DNA of 64,000 bases from Rotaria sordida (GCA_905250005.1 CAJNOH010000403.1:34708-98707); one strand, 5' to 3'. Positions 25,015 to 40,100 are shown, counted from the stretch's first letter. Notes: generated by a model from the sequence alone, not told the origin. Translations and numbers: made by a program.

Positions 25015-26662
25015 ATTTAAATTAAGATACTGCCCATTTTCTTTAAGCCAATCGACAGCACAAGCTTTCACATGCGCCGTTATTCCTTGACATTTGAGTG
25101 ATTTTCGACATTGAACATTTGGCTAAAGAAAATAATGTATTGTATTCAAAACATTTTAATCAATTTTTAGTTTATTATTAAATAAGTTCATGTAGAATTA
25201 TATAAAATAGAACGAGTTTGTAAATTAATTCTATCATATAACGATTCTTTTAAGCACATAGTATTATATATGATGTGACCTAAACTAACTAGAATTCGGA
25301 TAAACTTAATCTATACAATTCAATTTATGCTGAGTTCAATTTTTTATGAGATTATCATAGAACATATACTATTGCATGAATATATAATGTTGATTTATTG
25401 TTTTTTGAATTTAATTTTAAATGAATAGATCATAGTAAATATTTCGAAGAAGAGAAAGGCTGATTTTTGAAAAAAGACAATTGTTGATGATGATTATCTA
25501 TTTGTTCGTTTCTCATCAAAATTCAAATATTTGTTTTTACTAATGAAATAAATCAAAGCAATTTTCAGATAAGTTTTTATTGAAAAAGTCTTCTATCCTT
25601 TAAGAACAAAGAGAATAAAGTTTTGCTTTTTTTTTTAAAAATTACTCAGCAAAGATTTCAATTGAATATCCTTTCGATCGAAATTTTTTTTTCTGTAAAT
25701 CTTCAATGAGTAATATTTTAGAAATTAAAACAAATCTTTAATCTAAATTCTTTTTTCTGTTTTATACTTACACATTCGTATTCTCCTTCAGCATTTTTCA
25801 TTAATAAAGTCACAATTTTATTTTTACCACTTCGTCGTTTTTTAACTACATTAACTGCTAGCTGCTGTGATGATCGATCTTGATGATGTGAATTTGTTTG
25901 ATGATGATTACCATGTCCACTACTTGTATGATGTGGTTGATGATGTGATGGAAGTTTATTTGGATTAGTTGTACCACTACCATTTTGTTGCGCAGGTAAA
26001 TTATGATGTGCAATATGATGATTTGTTGCACCAGCAGCAAGTGCAGCAGCAGCAGCTGCAGCTGTTGATGCTGCTGCAGCTTGTTGTTGTGTTGTTTGAC
26101 TAATATAACCACATTGATGTTGTATAAGTGCTGCTTGTGACATAGAAATTTTTCCAACTGTAGCCCATCGTTCAAGTAATTCACATAGTGTACGTTGTTT
26201 TTCATCTAGTACTTGTGCTGTCGTTGATGTTGGTTGTTGTTGAGATGTTGTTAATAATGCACGAATATTTGCTTTGACTATATTCGTTTCTATTTATATC
26301 ATTAAAAAAACAAAAAAATTAAACTAAGAAAAGAAAAGAAAAAACTGAACGTTCTATTTACCATTAATTAATTGTTCAATTTCATATCGTAATAAATTTT
26401 CATGTTCATGTATATGATCAATACAAAGTAATAAATGACAATGTGGACCTGAGATTAAAGCAGAAAAAAAAAACATATTCAAGTTAAATGAATAGAAAAT
26501 CTTACAAGAAACATAAAGATTTCTTGAACATGTTAATAAACCATTTTCATTTCTATGTTGACATTTAACTGATATTGTTTGGCATATACCAGAAAAATAA
26601 AGTGACGATGCTTGATCATCAGCTGCTTGTTGTGTTGCAGCCATATGTGTACCGGCTGCCAT
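25015..26662 (-). CDS. Cys-pair-rich and His/Gln/Ala-rich nuclear-type protein, multi-exon; possibly FAM76-like
   Basis: ATG at 26662: MAAGTHMAATQQAADDQASSLYFSGICQTISVKCQHRNENGLLTCSRNLYVS | CPHCHLLLCIDHIHEHENLLRYEIEQLING (exon about 26354-26456) | ETNIVKANIRALLTTSQQQPTSTTAQVLDEKQRTLCELLERWATVGKISMSQAALIQHQ...AAAASTAAAAAAALAAG..HHNLPAQQ..HHQPHHTSSGHGNHHQTNSHHQDR...KRRSGKNKIVTLLMKNAEGEYEC (exon about 25745-26290) | PNVQCRKSLKCQGITAHVKACAVDWLKENGQYLNLN, stop (about 25015-25125). The N-terminal CxxC pairs and His-rich tract are reminiscent of FAM76; this is a low-confidence family call. Confidence 0.5.
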
Positions 26663-27974
26663 TTTATTCCAGGAAACAAAAGAATATATATTGAAGTACC
26701 TTTTTTTTTTAAATCAACTTTGAATTTGAATCAATTAAAATGCACAAAAAAAATAAAATAAAATTAATAATAAATGTTGATCTTGTTTTTTTTTTTTAGT
26801 TTTGGTATTATTCAATTGGAAATATGAACAAGAAAATAAAATGGCAACGTTTTATTAGATTTGACAAGAGAATCTAAAGAGAATAAACAATAATCGTAAT
26901 TGACGATCTTTTGACAAAAGAAATTCCAGCTGATCCAACTTCATTATCCATATTTTACATTGGAAATGTTGAGGATCAACAGCCATCATGATTTCTATTG
27001 ACATTCATTATGCGTAGAGGTCTTTGTGCTAATTTTTTTTGATACGATATTAGCGACATCATTTATCTTAACAATAATTGAAATGAAATTATTTATTTAT
27101 TTATAATGAAAAATAGTATTATTTGAAAAAGATTAAATTATTGGTTTATTTTTTGAAAGAAGAAAAAATTATTTGATGGAAGATGAATCATCACTATGAG
27201 AGTGGTGGTTTTTTTTGTTTAAAGAATTTCGATTGGTTTTTTTGAATTTAAAGTCAATTTTTTTCAAGAATGTTAGAATTTTTGTTTCTGATGAAAGGAA
27301 AATAATGATGATTTTTATTACATCGATATTTAACAGATTTTCATTGTAAAAATCAATGTCATGTTCGATTAGAAATAATAACGAATTACTTGACATTGTT
27401 ATTGGAATGGAAGAAAACACTTATTATAATTGAATTGATGATGTTTATTAAAATATGTTTTGAATTTTCGGAAGATTGTACCGAATATGAACTTTTTATT
27501 AATATGTAAATTGATGAAGAACTTTGAATATACTTGAATCTTGTCTATGTTGATACTTAATGTCTTCTCGACTTATTTTTAAAACAATATACACAACAAA
27601 AAGACAGTATAGAATGAAGAAGAAATAGACTGATTTATATTAATCGAACTCATTTTTATTCTAGTTAACGAAAGTTTATGAAAAAAAAATAGATATGCAT
27701 AGTTTTAATATTGAAAGTTGTAAGTGAGATATTATGATATATGGATGTGTGGTGGTATGGAGTGAGTTGACAGTGATGAACGTCGACCTTTCATTAGCAA
27801 AAGAGAATGTACAATTTGATGCGAATTCATAGTGGAAATTTGATTGATCAACATTTAGGACACTTTCAAGTTTGTACTTGAGTAAGACCTTTTGAACTTC
27901 ATTAACAGATTTTTAGCTAATGCTCATTTCAAAAAAGAAAGGCAGGTGAGTATTTTTTTTTTCTTGAATAAATT

Positions 27975-28700
27975 TTGAAGGGAATGACATAGAGAGCCGC
28001 GATTTTCACAGTTGGAAAGAGGCGATGAAGACGCATCGAACTATATACAAAAAAATTTTTCTGATTACTTTGCTAAGAGTCTTATGTAAACTACCAGCGA
28101 CAAAATTAATGCGACATCTATTTTTCAAGTTAGGAATAGCCAGAAGATTTTGAACGTATTACCATCATTTTTTGAGGATATCTAAAGTTTCTTTTTTACC
28201 AAAATAATCAGCTTTACTAGCTTTACAAAGTTCTATAAATGAAATAATTTTTTGATGAACTTTTGTCTTTTATGGTTTACTATTATTGAAAATATCCATG
28301 AAAAATAAGTGTAGCTTTATTTTTGTCGTTGGTAGAAAGCTCCTAGAAAACCAACATGCCTTGTACGATCGCGATATTGACTTATTTATTTTCGGAGGTG
28401 AACTAGAACTGCCAATCTAAGAACTAAAAAACTGCATAAAGATTTTATTCCTAGCTGCTACCAATAAGATATCCTAGCTATTGAAGTGCAAGTTATCACG
28501 ACATTCTTCCAAGAAAATAATCGAAAGATATACGTTTTTCTTATATTTTGATGAAAAATCCCTTGTTTTAACACATGAGAAAAAAGCAATTCTTTGAGAA
28601 AGTCTGACTAAAACTCTTAGGAAAATAGTTAGAAAAATCTTTTCATATATGGTTCGATGCATCTTCATCTCCTCTTTCCAATGGTGAAAACCGCAGCTCT
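27975..28700. repeat. Foldback F6: about 720 bp inverted repeat, centre about 28340, intergenic
   Basis: 27981 gggaatgacatagagagccgcgattttcacagttggaaagaggcgatgaagacgcatcgaactatatac versus the reverse complement of 28630-28700 (gaaaatgacatagagagctgcggttttcaccattggaaagaggagatgaagatgcatcgaaccatatatg). Confidence 0.85.
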
Positions 28701-31174
28701 CTATGTCATTTTCTTCAAAAAGTTATTCAAAAAATACTCACTCATCCGTTTTTTTTGGAATGGACATTAGTATCGATAAATAGAAAAGAAAAATACAACT
28801 AAACAATAGAATGGTGCGTGAATATCTTCTCTAGACCCGTCTTCGATGGAAAACTGGAATGGTGATTATAGTGGATGTTTCGAGAATGTGACCACAAGAA
28901 CAAAACAGCATTAAATATAGGCGATTCTGAAAATTTTGTGATTGTTTCGTACACATTAAGATGCGTTTTTTGTAACAGCTTTTCTTTTATGTCGTTGGCC
29001 AACTACACTTCCAATTGAAACTTTATCTTTAACCCAAAGTCATATCACATTGGACAAAACATAATGCCACGAATAGGTATGTGAAATTATTAGTGTGTAG
29101 ATGTTAGAACCAAGAGTGCACATCCTTTGTCTGGAAAAGTTGGTATGTGGCAGTGATAGTTCCGCGAGAACGTAAAAAAGAAACGAGATAAAGAATTTCT
29201 ACAAGTTTTGGGAGGACGACAATGTGATAGCATAGATACGGAAACAGAAATCGAGAAGAATTGTTACTACAGGAGGCTATTGTGAACGTTAGTGGGTGGA
29301 TGTTGAGTTATAGATGGATGAGTATGTGTAGACATTTAACGAGGACGGTGAGTCATCGCTTCACCATCACCGTTTCACTGATTCAAACTGGTAATTGTTC
29401 CACCGATGAATGTTTTATCGGTAACCCGTAGAACAGTCTTCGATTAGACTGGTTATCGTCGCCATTGCATGCATAAGCATGGGTATGAGTTCTCTATTCA
29501 TCTATCATACCTACCCACTTGTCCTCAAAACATATAAGAGGTATAAGGAATCATAGAATAATTTTGAACACAAAGCAGTGATTCAAGTCCTCTTACGAAG
29601 GTATTTAGATTTTTAGGTTAAGAATCAATAGTTTAAGTTTTCAATGATCAATATAGTAGTGTATAGAGATTAGGTATAAAGTGATCAGTAAAAGACGTAT
29701 AAAGAGTACAACGATTTATGGAATTATTTAGACACTAAATCGAGCTTCTAGCTCTATCACTAGGATATAGTTGTATACAAGTCTAAGCATACATGTAAAA
29801 CTCGAAGAGTTGTTTCAAATATTCAACTATTCGAGGTCAAGGAATCCGAATCTGAAGTCGGTTTTTCAAAATTTTGAGTTTGATTTTTTCACCAAAAACT
29901 TTCATTGTAAAAAAAATATTCTTAAATTATTTTTTCATAAAAAAATTTTTGCCGAAAATGCTAGGAAAGCACGTCCACATCTACAGTACCGGGTGTGAGT
30001 ACCACGGGACATCAACAAGCGCGAAAGCCCTAAGAATAGTTGAAAGTTGAATAGTCGAAACGAGTTAACGGCTTCTACACTACTGCAACTTCTTTGTGAA
30101 ATATTCAGACAAATCATTGTTTCCGCGTTGTAAACGCCAAATTGAATTTTTTTTGAAATTATTTGTTGCTCCGTCTCTTATACACTAGGCCAACTATTTA
30201 AATATGATACAAATGCCTTTATTGCAATGAACAGTTGTATATATATCTATACATACGTTTGAATAAAAACTTGTGATCAAAGTTGCGGAAGTGCTACAGT
30301 ATTTTTTGTTCTAAGGTTTTTTTTAACTTCAGAAAATATTTCCAATCAAGTTCTTTTTTATATATGTTTGCATTCAACTCAACATCTGCATCTTTCTACC
30401 AAAAACAAAAGAAAACATCAAGTCTCTACAATATTACATTGCAACGCTATATCAGAAAAAACAAAATCAATGCAGAACTTTTGCCCTTACCGTTACTATG
30501 AGAAAAGCCTTTTCGAAAATATTAATTAAGTACAGTTCTTTGTCAAACAAGACAATTAACACTGTCATCTTGACTTTTGCGAATGATAAAAATATCAAAT
30601 CATTTATTTTTCCATACTCTGATCATAATAACATCCAAAAATAGTTCAGTTATTTTTCTCAACGAAAACAAATAATAAATATCCGATCGTACTTTTTTCC
30701 CAAAACTCTAATAGCTATAATAATTTTTTGTAATACTAATTCATTAAACATAACCATACTATTTATCAAAGGGTTGATCTATAATATTTATTTGAGTATG
30801 TGCATGGTAAAGATTTAGATGTGATATTATCTTCCATTCAAAATCATGACATAAAAGAGAAAACGGTGTAACATATACAAACAATCAAATGTTGATAACA
30901 TTTCTTTGTTTGATTATGATTGTTAACCACGCATACATGTAGAGGGTAAGATCAAAAAGAAGGTGAATATAAACGAAAAAGAAAGAAAAAAAGAAAAAAG
31001 AAGAACAAATAATATTTCATTGATCTCCGATCATTAATGTGTTCTGTTATTGTTGTTTTTGTAAGTCACCAGTGATTCATAGATACAAAATAAAAATAAT
31101 TAATAAACTAAAATTATTTTGTTGTTAAAAAAAGAAGAAAAAAGAAATGAAAGTGTATTTATTTAAATAAACGT

Positions 31175-31800
31175 GCACGTAGTTGTTTGATACCATCTAA
31201 TTTACGTTTCATATTATTTAATTCATATCGATTTTTTAACTAAAATAAAAAGAATTAATTAAAAAACAAAAAAGAAAGAATAAATAAAAAAATAACTAAC
31301 AGCATCAGCTTCCATTTGATAAAATCGTGATGCAACTCCATCCGAATTAAGAAGAGATTCACGAGATATATCACTTCGTTCACGAATATCATAGATTTTA
31401 TCAGCACATTCATCATTTATACGTAAAAATTCTCTTAAGAAAAGAAAATTTTTATATAATAAATTAATAAAATTTATCTTACTTTCCAGCTTCTGCTTGA
31501 TCTTCACATCTCCATGTTGATGGTTTATGATCAACTTGTTTGCCCAATGTCTTATATTGTGAACCAACTTCATTAACATGATTTTTTTCTAACCATGCAT
31601 ACTAGAAAATAAATAATAAATTATTTTTATAAACAATTTGTTTTTATTTTTACTCGATTTTGATAACGATCATGAAATTCTGCTCGTTCACTTCCAGCAT
31701 TCGATGAATGTAAATCCGAATGATGTACTGGAGATGAATAATGAGAATTAAGAAGAGAACTTGATGAATGATGATATGAATCGTGCGCTGAACGCATTTT
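31175..31800 (-). CDS. Small Ser/His-rich hypothetical protein, about 4 exons
   Basis: ATG about 31797 (MRSAHDSYHHSSSSLLNSHYSSPVHHSDLHSSNAGSERAEFHDRYQNR). Exon about 31490-31600 (YAWLEKNHVNEVGSQYKTLGKQVDHKPSTWRCEDQAEAG). Exon about 31290-31440 (REFLRINDECADKIYDIRERSDISRESLLNSDGVASRFYQMEADAV). Terminal exon about 31175-31260 (LKNRYELNNMKRKLDGIKQLRARLFK, stop). Splice sites look plausible; family not recognised. Confidence 0.4.
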
Positions 31801-34800
31801 TTATTATAATTCTATTAAGATAAATCTACAGAAATAATATAAACATTATTGTTTTAAGATATAAAATTACTGCATAATAGAGTCGAAAAAGAAAAGAAAA
31901 AAAAAGGCTAATAAATAAGATGAACATGAGCGATTGATTGATCAAGAACAGTCGCTATTTTATTATACTACATTTATATACAAAGATGGATTACCTTAAC
32001 CTCTTATAATATGTATGGAATTTTTTATTCTTCTACTTAATTTTTTTCTTAACCTACACTTACTCTCGATTATTGTTTTCCAAGAATATCCTTTTACTCT
32101 CTCGCTCTTTTTGCTTCTTATTTGATACTAACATGGTTAGAAAGATAGCGGTAATAGTTGTTGTGTTGTTTTCAGAATTCTTTTTTTTTCTCTCTGTCTC
32201 TTTATCGCTTTGGTTCTTGGTAGTATTATCCGAGAAAAAAAAATAAGCAATCTCGATTATTGCAAAGAACATGTATAAAAGAAAATAAAAGGCAGTAACG
32301 TTTAGTCTGATATTTTCTATTATCATGCCTACTGAAAACATATAACAACAACAGCAAAAAGAAAAAAAACCGACAACGAATGGAAGAAGAACAGAGTATG
32401 TATATCTATGTGTGTATGTATGTATTTCTAGTCCTAAAAATATGGAGACAATTTTTCTTCTTCTATATCTCTCTTTTTTTTCTCATTCTCGCTTCGATGC
32501 AGCCGTAATATCCGACAATGATTAGGAAGTCAGTTATTATATATGCTTGCCTCATGGCCAAGATAAGAGACAACTAAATAGTAATAACAGTAGAGCAAGA
32601 GGGGGAAGAAAACAGAACTCAAAATGGTACATATCAACATCAATAAGATTATATTATACTTAGTAAATGATGTTTGTCTTATTTTTTTGAAAATATAAAG
32701 AAAACAATAATTCTAGCAAAATAAAAAGCTGCCGTCAAAAATATCCAACGGTTTGCTAAATAGATTTCTTTCCTATACCACTCATGGTACAGATTATTGT
32801 ACTGTATATATTCAATCATGTTCTCTTTTCCGTCGGTTATCATCAAGGACATTTTCTATCTTTCTAAACCAGTAGGCGTATTGATAACAACATAGGCATA
32901 TACTCCTACGTTCTTCAAACTTTTGCAATGGATCCATCTGTGATATTATATTTTTATAAACAAATATTTCTACTAAGTTATAATATAATGTTGTTATTTT
33001 TCTTATTATTATGACTTAATTATCATTCTATTCCATGATAACATTTAGCTTCGTTTTTCTTAAGAGATAGATGTAGTTATCTATTTATAATATCAAATCA
33101 ATTTGCTTTTTTTTTTTTTGTTTTTTAAAAACTATTTCAGTTTCTTTATTATTCTATTTATTGATATGAATTTCATAGAAGTGAAGTTTTACATCTCTGG
33201 AGATATTCTTTTTCTTTTGTCTTGAGTAATATTCAGTAGATTCTACAATGAATATGTATTCGTTTGTTTATCTCATGTAAATTATCTATACAAATAAACT
33301 TTTGAACAGAGATAGTATAAGTCTCATATATTACGCTAATTTATAGGAAAACTAATAATAATTTTGTTTTTTTTTTCACCATAAAGCAGAATTTCAAAAA
33401 TTTCTAAATAATGATCTCTTAACTAAATCATGTAATGATATTAACAGCAATAATAAATTCAATATTCATGTCACAAATAAAAGATGTATTTGAATCAATT
33501 TTTGTGTTTTTCTGTAGGCAAAAATAAAAAAAAAATAGAAATTTCTAAGAATAGTTTATTGAAGTTATATTAATATGTAAGTAGGCTTTTTAGTATTTAT
33601 ATAGAACAAGCATAGATTCTCATTGATAAACCATTAAATGTATTTACTCCGACAAGGTCAAACTGTATTCCTTGACCTAATTGAATTGCATAATAATTTG
33701 TAGAAAGAAAAAATTGATCATACAAATAAACAGAAGAATCAAAGACAAATTGACAAATATGAGATATATTGAGTTACACAATAATGTATTTATTTTATTG
33801 TTTCATTCTATAGATTGATCAATAAAGTTAATAAATTTTTAAAAATTTTTTTGGATAGTTGAAATAAGTTGCGTCTCTATATAAATGAGATAGTCTGTCG
33901 TTTTTTTTTCTTCTAGATTATAGAAAATAATAAAAAATACATCTCGCCTATTCGAACGTTTTAATGAAAGATTTTGTTTGAACATGTTTACTATTATCAA
34001 AGAGCTTCAAGTAATACGATATGAAGTTGAAATTATATTGACGTACTTTACCTTCATCTTTCTTTATTTCATTATTGAATGGAAAAAAGAATTTAACAAA
34101 TAATGTACGAATAATTTTCAATTTTAGTTTGAAATCAACCATGTATACGTTTTGTTTGATAGGATATATATTCAATTTTCATGGTTGCTTAGATTATTAC
34201 ATCTCAAAGAAAAAAAGATCAAATAAATCCAATTAATTGTGATATAATCACCTTTAAGATTAGGATTTGTTGTCTGTCTGGAATTCATGTGGGTTCCACT
34301 TGTTAAAGTAAATATGATATATGCAGTTCTTAATAGTTTATCAAGAACATATGAAGGATCTAGACAATATTTGATTACAAGAAGAACTAACGAAAGCAGA
34401 AAAGTCGTTAGTCTGAACCAGAAATGGAATCGGTACCGGTACACATTTTAGATCAGTCGATAGACTGGTCGTGAAGAATCTAGACTTGTTCCATCTCTGA
34501 TTCGAACTATGTATCTATCTTGCGTTTTTGTTTTATCATTATCTACTCTTTTTTTCAAATTTTCATGTATTTGAAATCATTCATAACAATCGTGATATTT
34601 GGTATATCTTGAACTGCTCCATCCATAGCAAAAACAACTGTCTATAGTTGGCTGATGTTATCGGTATATTATACTAAGTATCTATAATCTATACTTGAAA
34701 AGATAGAATTTTATTAAATGTTGTGAACGTTTAACATGACAAAGAATCTCAATGAGATCTGTCTGGAGTCTATGTAGTTACAATAAATATTTACATGTAT

Positions 34801-37191
34801 TTCTGAGTAGTTGTCTGTTCGTATCAATAGTAGTTAGAGTTTATCAGCTGATGTGATCAACAGACTTTACTAACCTTCTCTAGAGTATATTTAGGAGATG
34901 AGCCGATATCATCTGATACTTTGCACTTATCATACAATAGTGGAATTGGCTGGAGTCCTAGCAAATTTCAAATGATCATGTTACAGTTAATCAAAACGCT
35001 TTAGATCTTCAATGTTGATATGTTGCATCTCGTTCGGTGTTTCCTTCAAGATATTCATAAGTAATTTACAGAAAATTTCATATATACGTATATATGTGAT
35101 CAATTAATAGCTGTTGATTGAATTGAATGCTTTAAATAATCTAACGATGAGACATATTTTCGATTTTATTTCTTTATTATTAATAATAAAAATTGAGAAT
35201 AAGTTCTAAAGTGTTAAAACAAAATGGCCTAAACACAAATAAAATACATCGAGTTTTATGTGAAATTAATATTGACGATTTTGGAAAAGACTTCAAAGAA
35301 ACATATTTTATATTCAAAAACGAATCATTTATTTATTCTTATAGTGTATTTTGAGAATAAAATTCGAAGATGAGAAATCCTTATATGTAATTCTAATTAA
35401 TTTAGAAGCAAAAAAATAATGAACCTATGTCAATCGAAAGAGATGACTTTTTTTCGTCAAAACCATAAATTTATTTATGCTTCCCAAAGTAATATCTGAA
35501 GTGTAATAAGTTTTAAGGAGTCCGTAGCAAATCTGAAATTACTACTAGTTTTTATTAGATCTCTAATTGCTGATTTCGGACTTTTGAAGGAAAAAATCGA
35601 CAAAAAAAAAACATTCAGAAAAGCGGAAATCAGAAGTCAAAAAAGTGAAATGTTACTTCGATGATACCAATATTTTAACGATAACGATGACAATGACTAT
35701 TCGTTAAATCCTAATGCCGTACTCTTGCTATCATCTTCATTCAAAGAGGGGCTAATCTCAAAATTCTAACTATAAATAGAGCTCGGTAAGCTCTGATCGT
35801 AAGCAGCAACTCGAAGTCAATAGACTCGTTAATACGAAGCATTTATGATGAAACCATTGATTTTTTTCCTAGAGTTTAAAAAAGGCTTTTTTGATATTTC
35901 TCTGTTTTGTCACTATTTGAATGTGTCAACCTTCATTTTCTTATTAACAAGTAAAGATTCGCATGTCTACATTGCATCACGCATATGGTACTTTAATTCA
36001 TTGTAATCTGGAGGCGTGAGAAAGCCATTATTGTCTGGAACAGTCTTAGCGTAGATCTCTTCTTCATTGATAATTGCAATTGTGAAATTTTCAAAACTTG
36101 ATTAGAGCAGGGCAGTCAATGGAGAAAATTTCAAGGCAAATGATTAAAATTAGTCGAAGATATTGATCACTTTTTCACGATTCTTATCGACTCTGACGTT
36201 GGAACTACTCAAAAAATACTTCATGAATCATGCAAACCAAAACCGTTTGACATGACATTTTAATTGGTGATAGAGGCAACACTGAGTTGTCACTTCTGGC
36301 AGGTACGGATGAAAGCGGACCAAGTCCTAATTAGTACTTGCGATCAGAGTTCAACATGCTCGATTGGTGATCAAACTATGAGTTTAAAGGAGTAAAATTT
36401 GTATTTTTTACCTGATGGCAGGACGTTTTTGGACCATTGTAGTTAAGAAATCAGAAAACAGAAATTCACTTTCTTGACAATGGATGCGAGTCAGAGTGAC
36501 GATACAGATGAAGATTAGGGTGAGTGTAACGATGAGGATGATCGTAAGAGTAAGCCATTGAGGTGGAACGAATAGTCGCTACCGTCATAACTGTCAAATA
36601 CTAGTATCAATGAAACAACATTTCTCATTTTTTTATTTCTTTAATGTCTGGTTTTCTGTTATTTTTCATAATTTACTTGTATTAAAAATCAATAATCAGA
36701 GATTTAATAAAAGTTAGTAATAATTTGATATTTGCCACGAGCTCAAATAGATATAATATATTCAATCATTTTCAAGCTATTGCTTTTCTTTTTGACATGA
36801 AAAAAAAGCATATTAAATTATAAAATCAAATAATAGAGAATATATTTTATTTATTAGTAACTCTCTCACTAGAATAAGAAATATAATTAATATAAGTAAT
36901 TCATTTTCTCACTGGAATATTATTCGTTTTGAAATACAAAGAATTATAGATATATAAATAACTTTTTTTTTTTTGTCAAATCACACTGTTATAGAAAACA
37001 AAATAAAAAGCCAAACGCACATGATAAATATACATGGCGAAAGAGAAAAAGAATATTTATCAGACAATTTATAAAAAAAAAAAAAATCAATTATTATTCT
37101 TATTAATATGTATATATATATATATGAAATATTAGTGGGATTATTCAGATGGACGGAAATAAAATCACCGGAAGAACGAAATAAAAAAGAA

Positions 37192-40100
37192 TTATCTTGA
37201 TATTTTTGATAGACTTCTTGATAAAATTGTTTGTGGTTGAACACTAGTTGATCTTTGAAAACTTGTCGCATCATCATTACGTACTGATAAACGATTTAAA
37301 TAATATGGACGTGGATTAGATTCTCCATAATGTTGATTATGAACAATTACACCACTATAATTATTTTGTTCAAATATACGTTTTCGATATTCTTCTTTGA
37401 CACGTTCTGATTGAGAATAAAGTTTTTCAAATATTAAATGTAAATCATTTGGTCGAAATAATTTTATTAAAAGAGCTTCAATAACAATGTAAACAAATCG
37501 ACGATTAAGAGTTTCATTTTGTAATAATTCAAATAAACGTAATAAACCACGACGAGTTGTTTCACTGCCAATTATATGACGAAGTTCATCTAAAAAAAAC
37601 AAAAAAAGAAACAATGTCAACATGAACGTATTCAGTTGCAAATAAAACTAATTTGAAAGATATTTAACGAGAAGACATTTCTTCCTTTTTCTCCGAGATG
37701 CTTCAACTGATTGAGCTGAAATTCGGGTGTATATTTTTTTTTCTTAAAATAATAGTCTAGTGGTTTTTGACAAATCTTACAAAATTTACCCTAGACAAAA
37801 CAAAACACATTTGTGACAGGACTTTTTGTATTTTGGTTCCTTAAATCGAAGGAAGCAATATTTTTCAAAGAAAAATTATATACATTCTGATTTGGTTCTA
37901 GTTGTTACAAAAAAATTTCAATCATAAAAAATGAATTATGGCTGTTTGGGGGATTTCAAGTCGTTTTTGGCTCTTACGTTCCCTATATCTCATAGAAGGA
38001 AGCATCTAGGAATTCTGAATGTATGACAACTTTCGCTCTACTAGTCAGAATCGATCTACCATGAAAGTTTCAGAAGTTTTAGTCGAAATCTTCTTGAGAA
38101 ATTCAGGAAAGGGGTGCCCTTAAATAATACCAAACTTTTAGAATGAACTAATCGATCTGGTCGTTTTATTATCCCATCATTTAAATGACTCTATTCATTA
38201 TTGAATACGTTGAAAGATATTGGTCAAGACATAACTGCTTGCTGTTTGTCGAGCCAACATCTCACAGTACACGAATGAATATTTTCTTTTTCTCTGTGCA
38301 TGCGATAGTCTTTAACCATAGGCGGCAAAGCCATGAGGCTTGGATAGGTTGAAGTCTACCCTAGTTTCACATTTCGTAGGTTAGAATGGACTCAAATTTT
38401 TTTTCTCGTTCCATTAGATTGATAGATTTATGCAATGCATCGAAATTCTTGTACAAGGGTCAGGATTTTCAGTCGTCTTCGGAGACAAATAGTAAATTTT
38501 TCCTAATGAAGTGAATTTAGAAAATACTCTTAAAGGAAACATTGAATTTTTTTTATGATTAATGTTAAACCCTACATTGTCAACAGTTTGAAGTAATACC
38601 AACTGAAGGAAGACTGTACGAGAAACTTCATTTAGATAAACTACAATTTGCCAAAAGTTTTCTTTGCTATCAGTAACAAAGTTTACACGCCTTAGAAGAT
38701 TTTTAACAAAATGAACAAACATATAATGAAATTCCATTTTTTTTTGTGAACACTGCTGCTTCACTATTGATTCTACTTTTCCAGTAAAGTAGATCGAGAA
38801 TCAAAATTATTTAAAGACAAATGCTGGCGTATTTCTTTAAATATAGATTGATTTTTTAGTACAGGTTGCGAACTTTGCCTGAATTGTACCGGCTTTATAC
38901 AGTACAAAATATGAGTTGGAAGTAAGAAGCACTAAATTTCATTCATCAGAATGATATAAACAGATTTTCTCCCTCCTCATTCTGAACATCTGGGAAGAGA
39001 TTTTATAAAGATTGTTGAATCTACTCTGGATTCAAATTGTTCCGCCGCTTATGTCTTTAACAGACTCTTGACTGATTTTCTGATGCATTTATTCACTAAT
39101 GATCAATATGAACATTTTGATATCAATACAAAAATCCTGGACATCAATCCAAAGATCTTTCTAAAGCAAGTGAACTTTTCTGTCGTCAGAGACAAACTTA
39201 AAATCGAGTCATTGCCTAATAGTAAGAGAAGAGTCAACCAAAGACGATCGTCAAATATACTTGAAAGGTACAAACTTATTAGAGATATCTATCCAATCAT
39301 ACACTCTAAGTACTTATTAAATTTAAATATAAAACTAATAACTCAACTAAAATAAAATTTTTGTATTAAAAGTGAAAATCTACATTAAATTTTCCTGTGC
39401 TATTGACATTAAGTTTGTGGATAAGTCAAATTAATTTTAAACTATTTACCTGAGACAATACCAAGTAATTTAGCTTTGCATATTACTTGAGTTATATTAC
39501 GAACACCTAGATCACGTTCGGGTGATGGATCAGCTTGAATACCATTTGGCCAAAAACTCTCTCTAGAAAAAAGAAATTTCCATTGTTTATACTTAATGAA
39601 AATTTTTTGTCGTACTTGAATTGTATTATTTCTTTAGCAATTTTTTTTGCTGATGTCCAATGTTGAACAAACGTTGCAATTCGTCTAATACAAGAAAAAA
39701 TTAAGTAAAAAGAAGAGAAAAAAAAAGATACAACATACCGATTAACTGAATCACCCATAAATGCTCTTAAAAATCGTTTTAATATCGATACAAATCTTGA
39801 ACGAAACCACATATTTTTTTGTTTAAGATCAAATACTTCATCCATTATAACAAGAAGTACACGAAGTGGAATATTTTTTGCATTCTAATACAAAACAACA
39901 AAAAAAAAAAAAGAAAATAAATAGACGTTCTCTCTTGTATAATACATGACATTAGTATCTAATTACTTCAGCCTGAGTATCTTCAACAATAGAAAATGTT
40001 TGTTTATCTTTACTTAAATTAATATTCATTCCATTATTATTATTTGCATTTGTTCGAAAGATTTTTCCAGCATTTTCAACAACAGTATCCGATACAATTG

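Noticed and set aside
32060-34444. ORFs 32060..32341 and 34172..34444 as small genes
   Set aside because: Low-complexity or TM-like translations, with no splice signals, conservation cues or neighbouring exons. Treated as intergenic.
37660-38120. Possible inverted repeat around gagatgcttc / gaagcatctagg
   Set aside because: The match extends only about 10 bp, which is within chance for AT-rich DNA.
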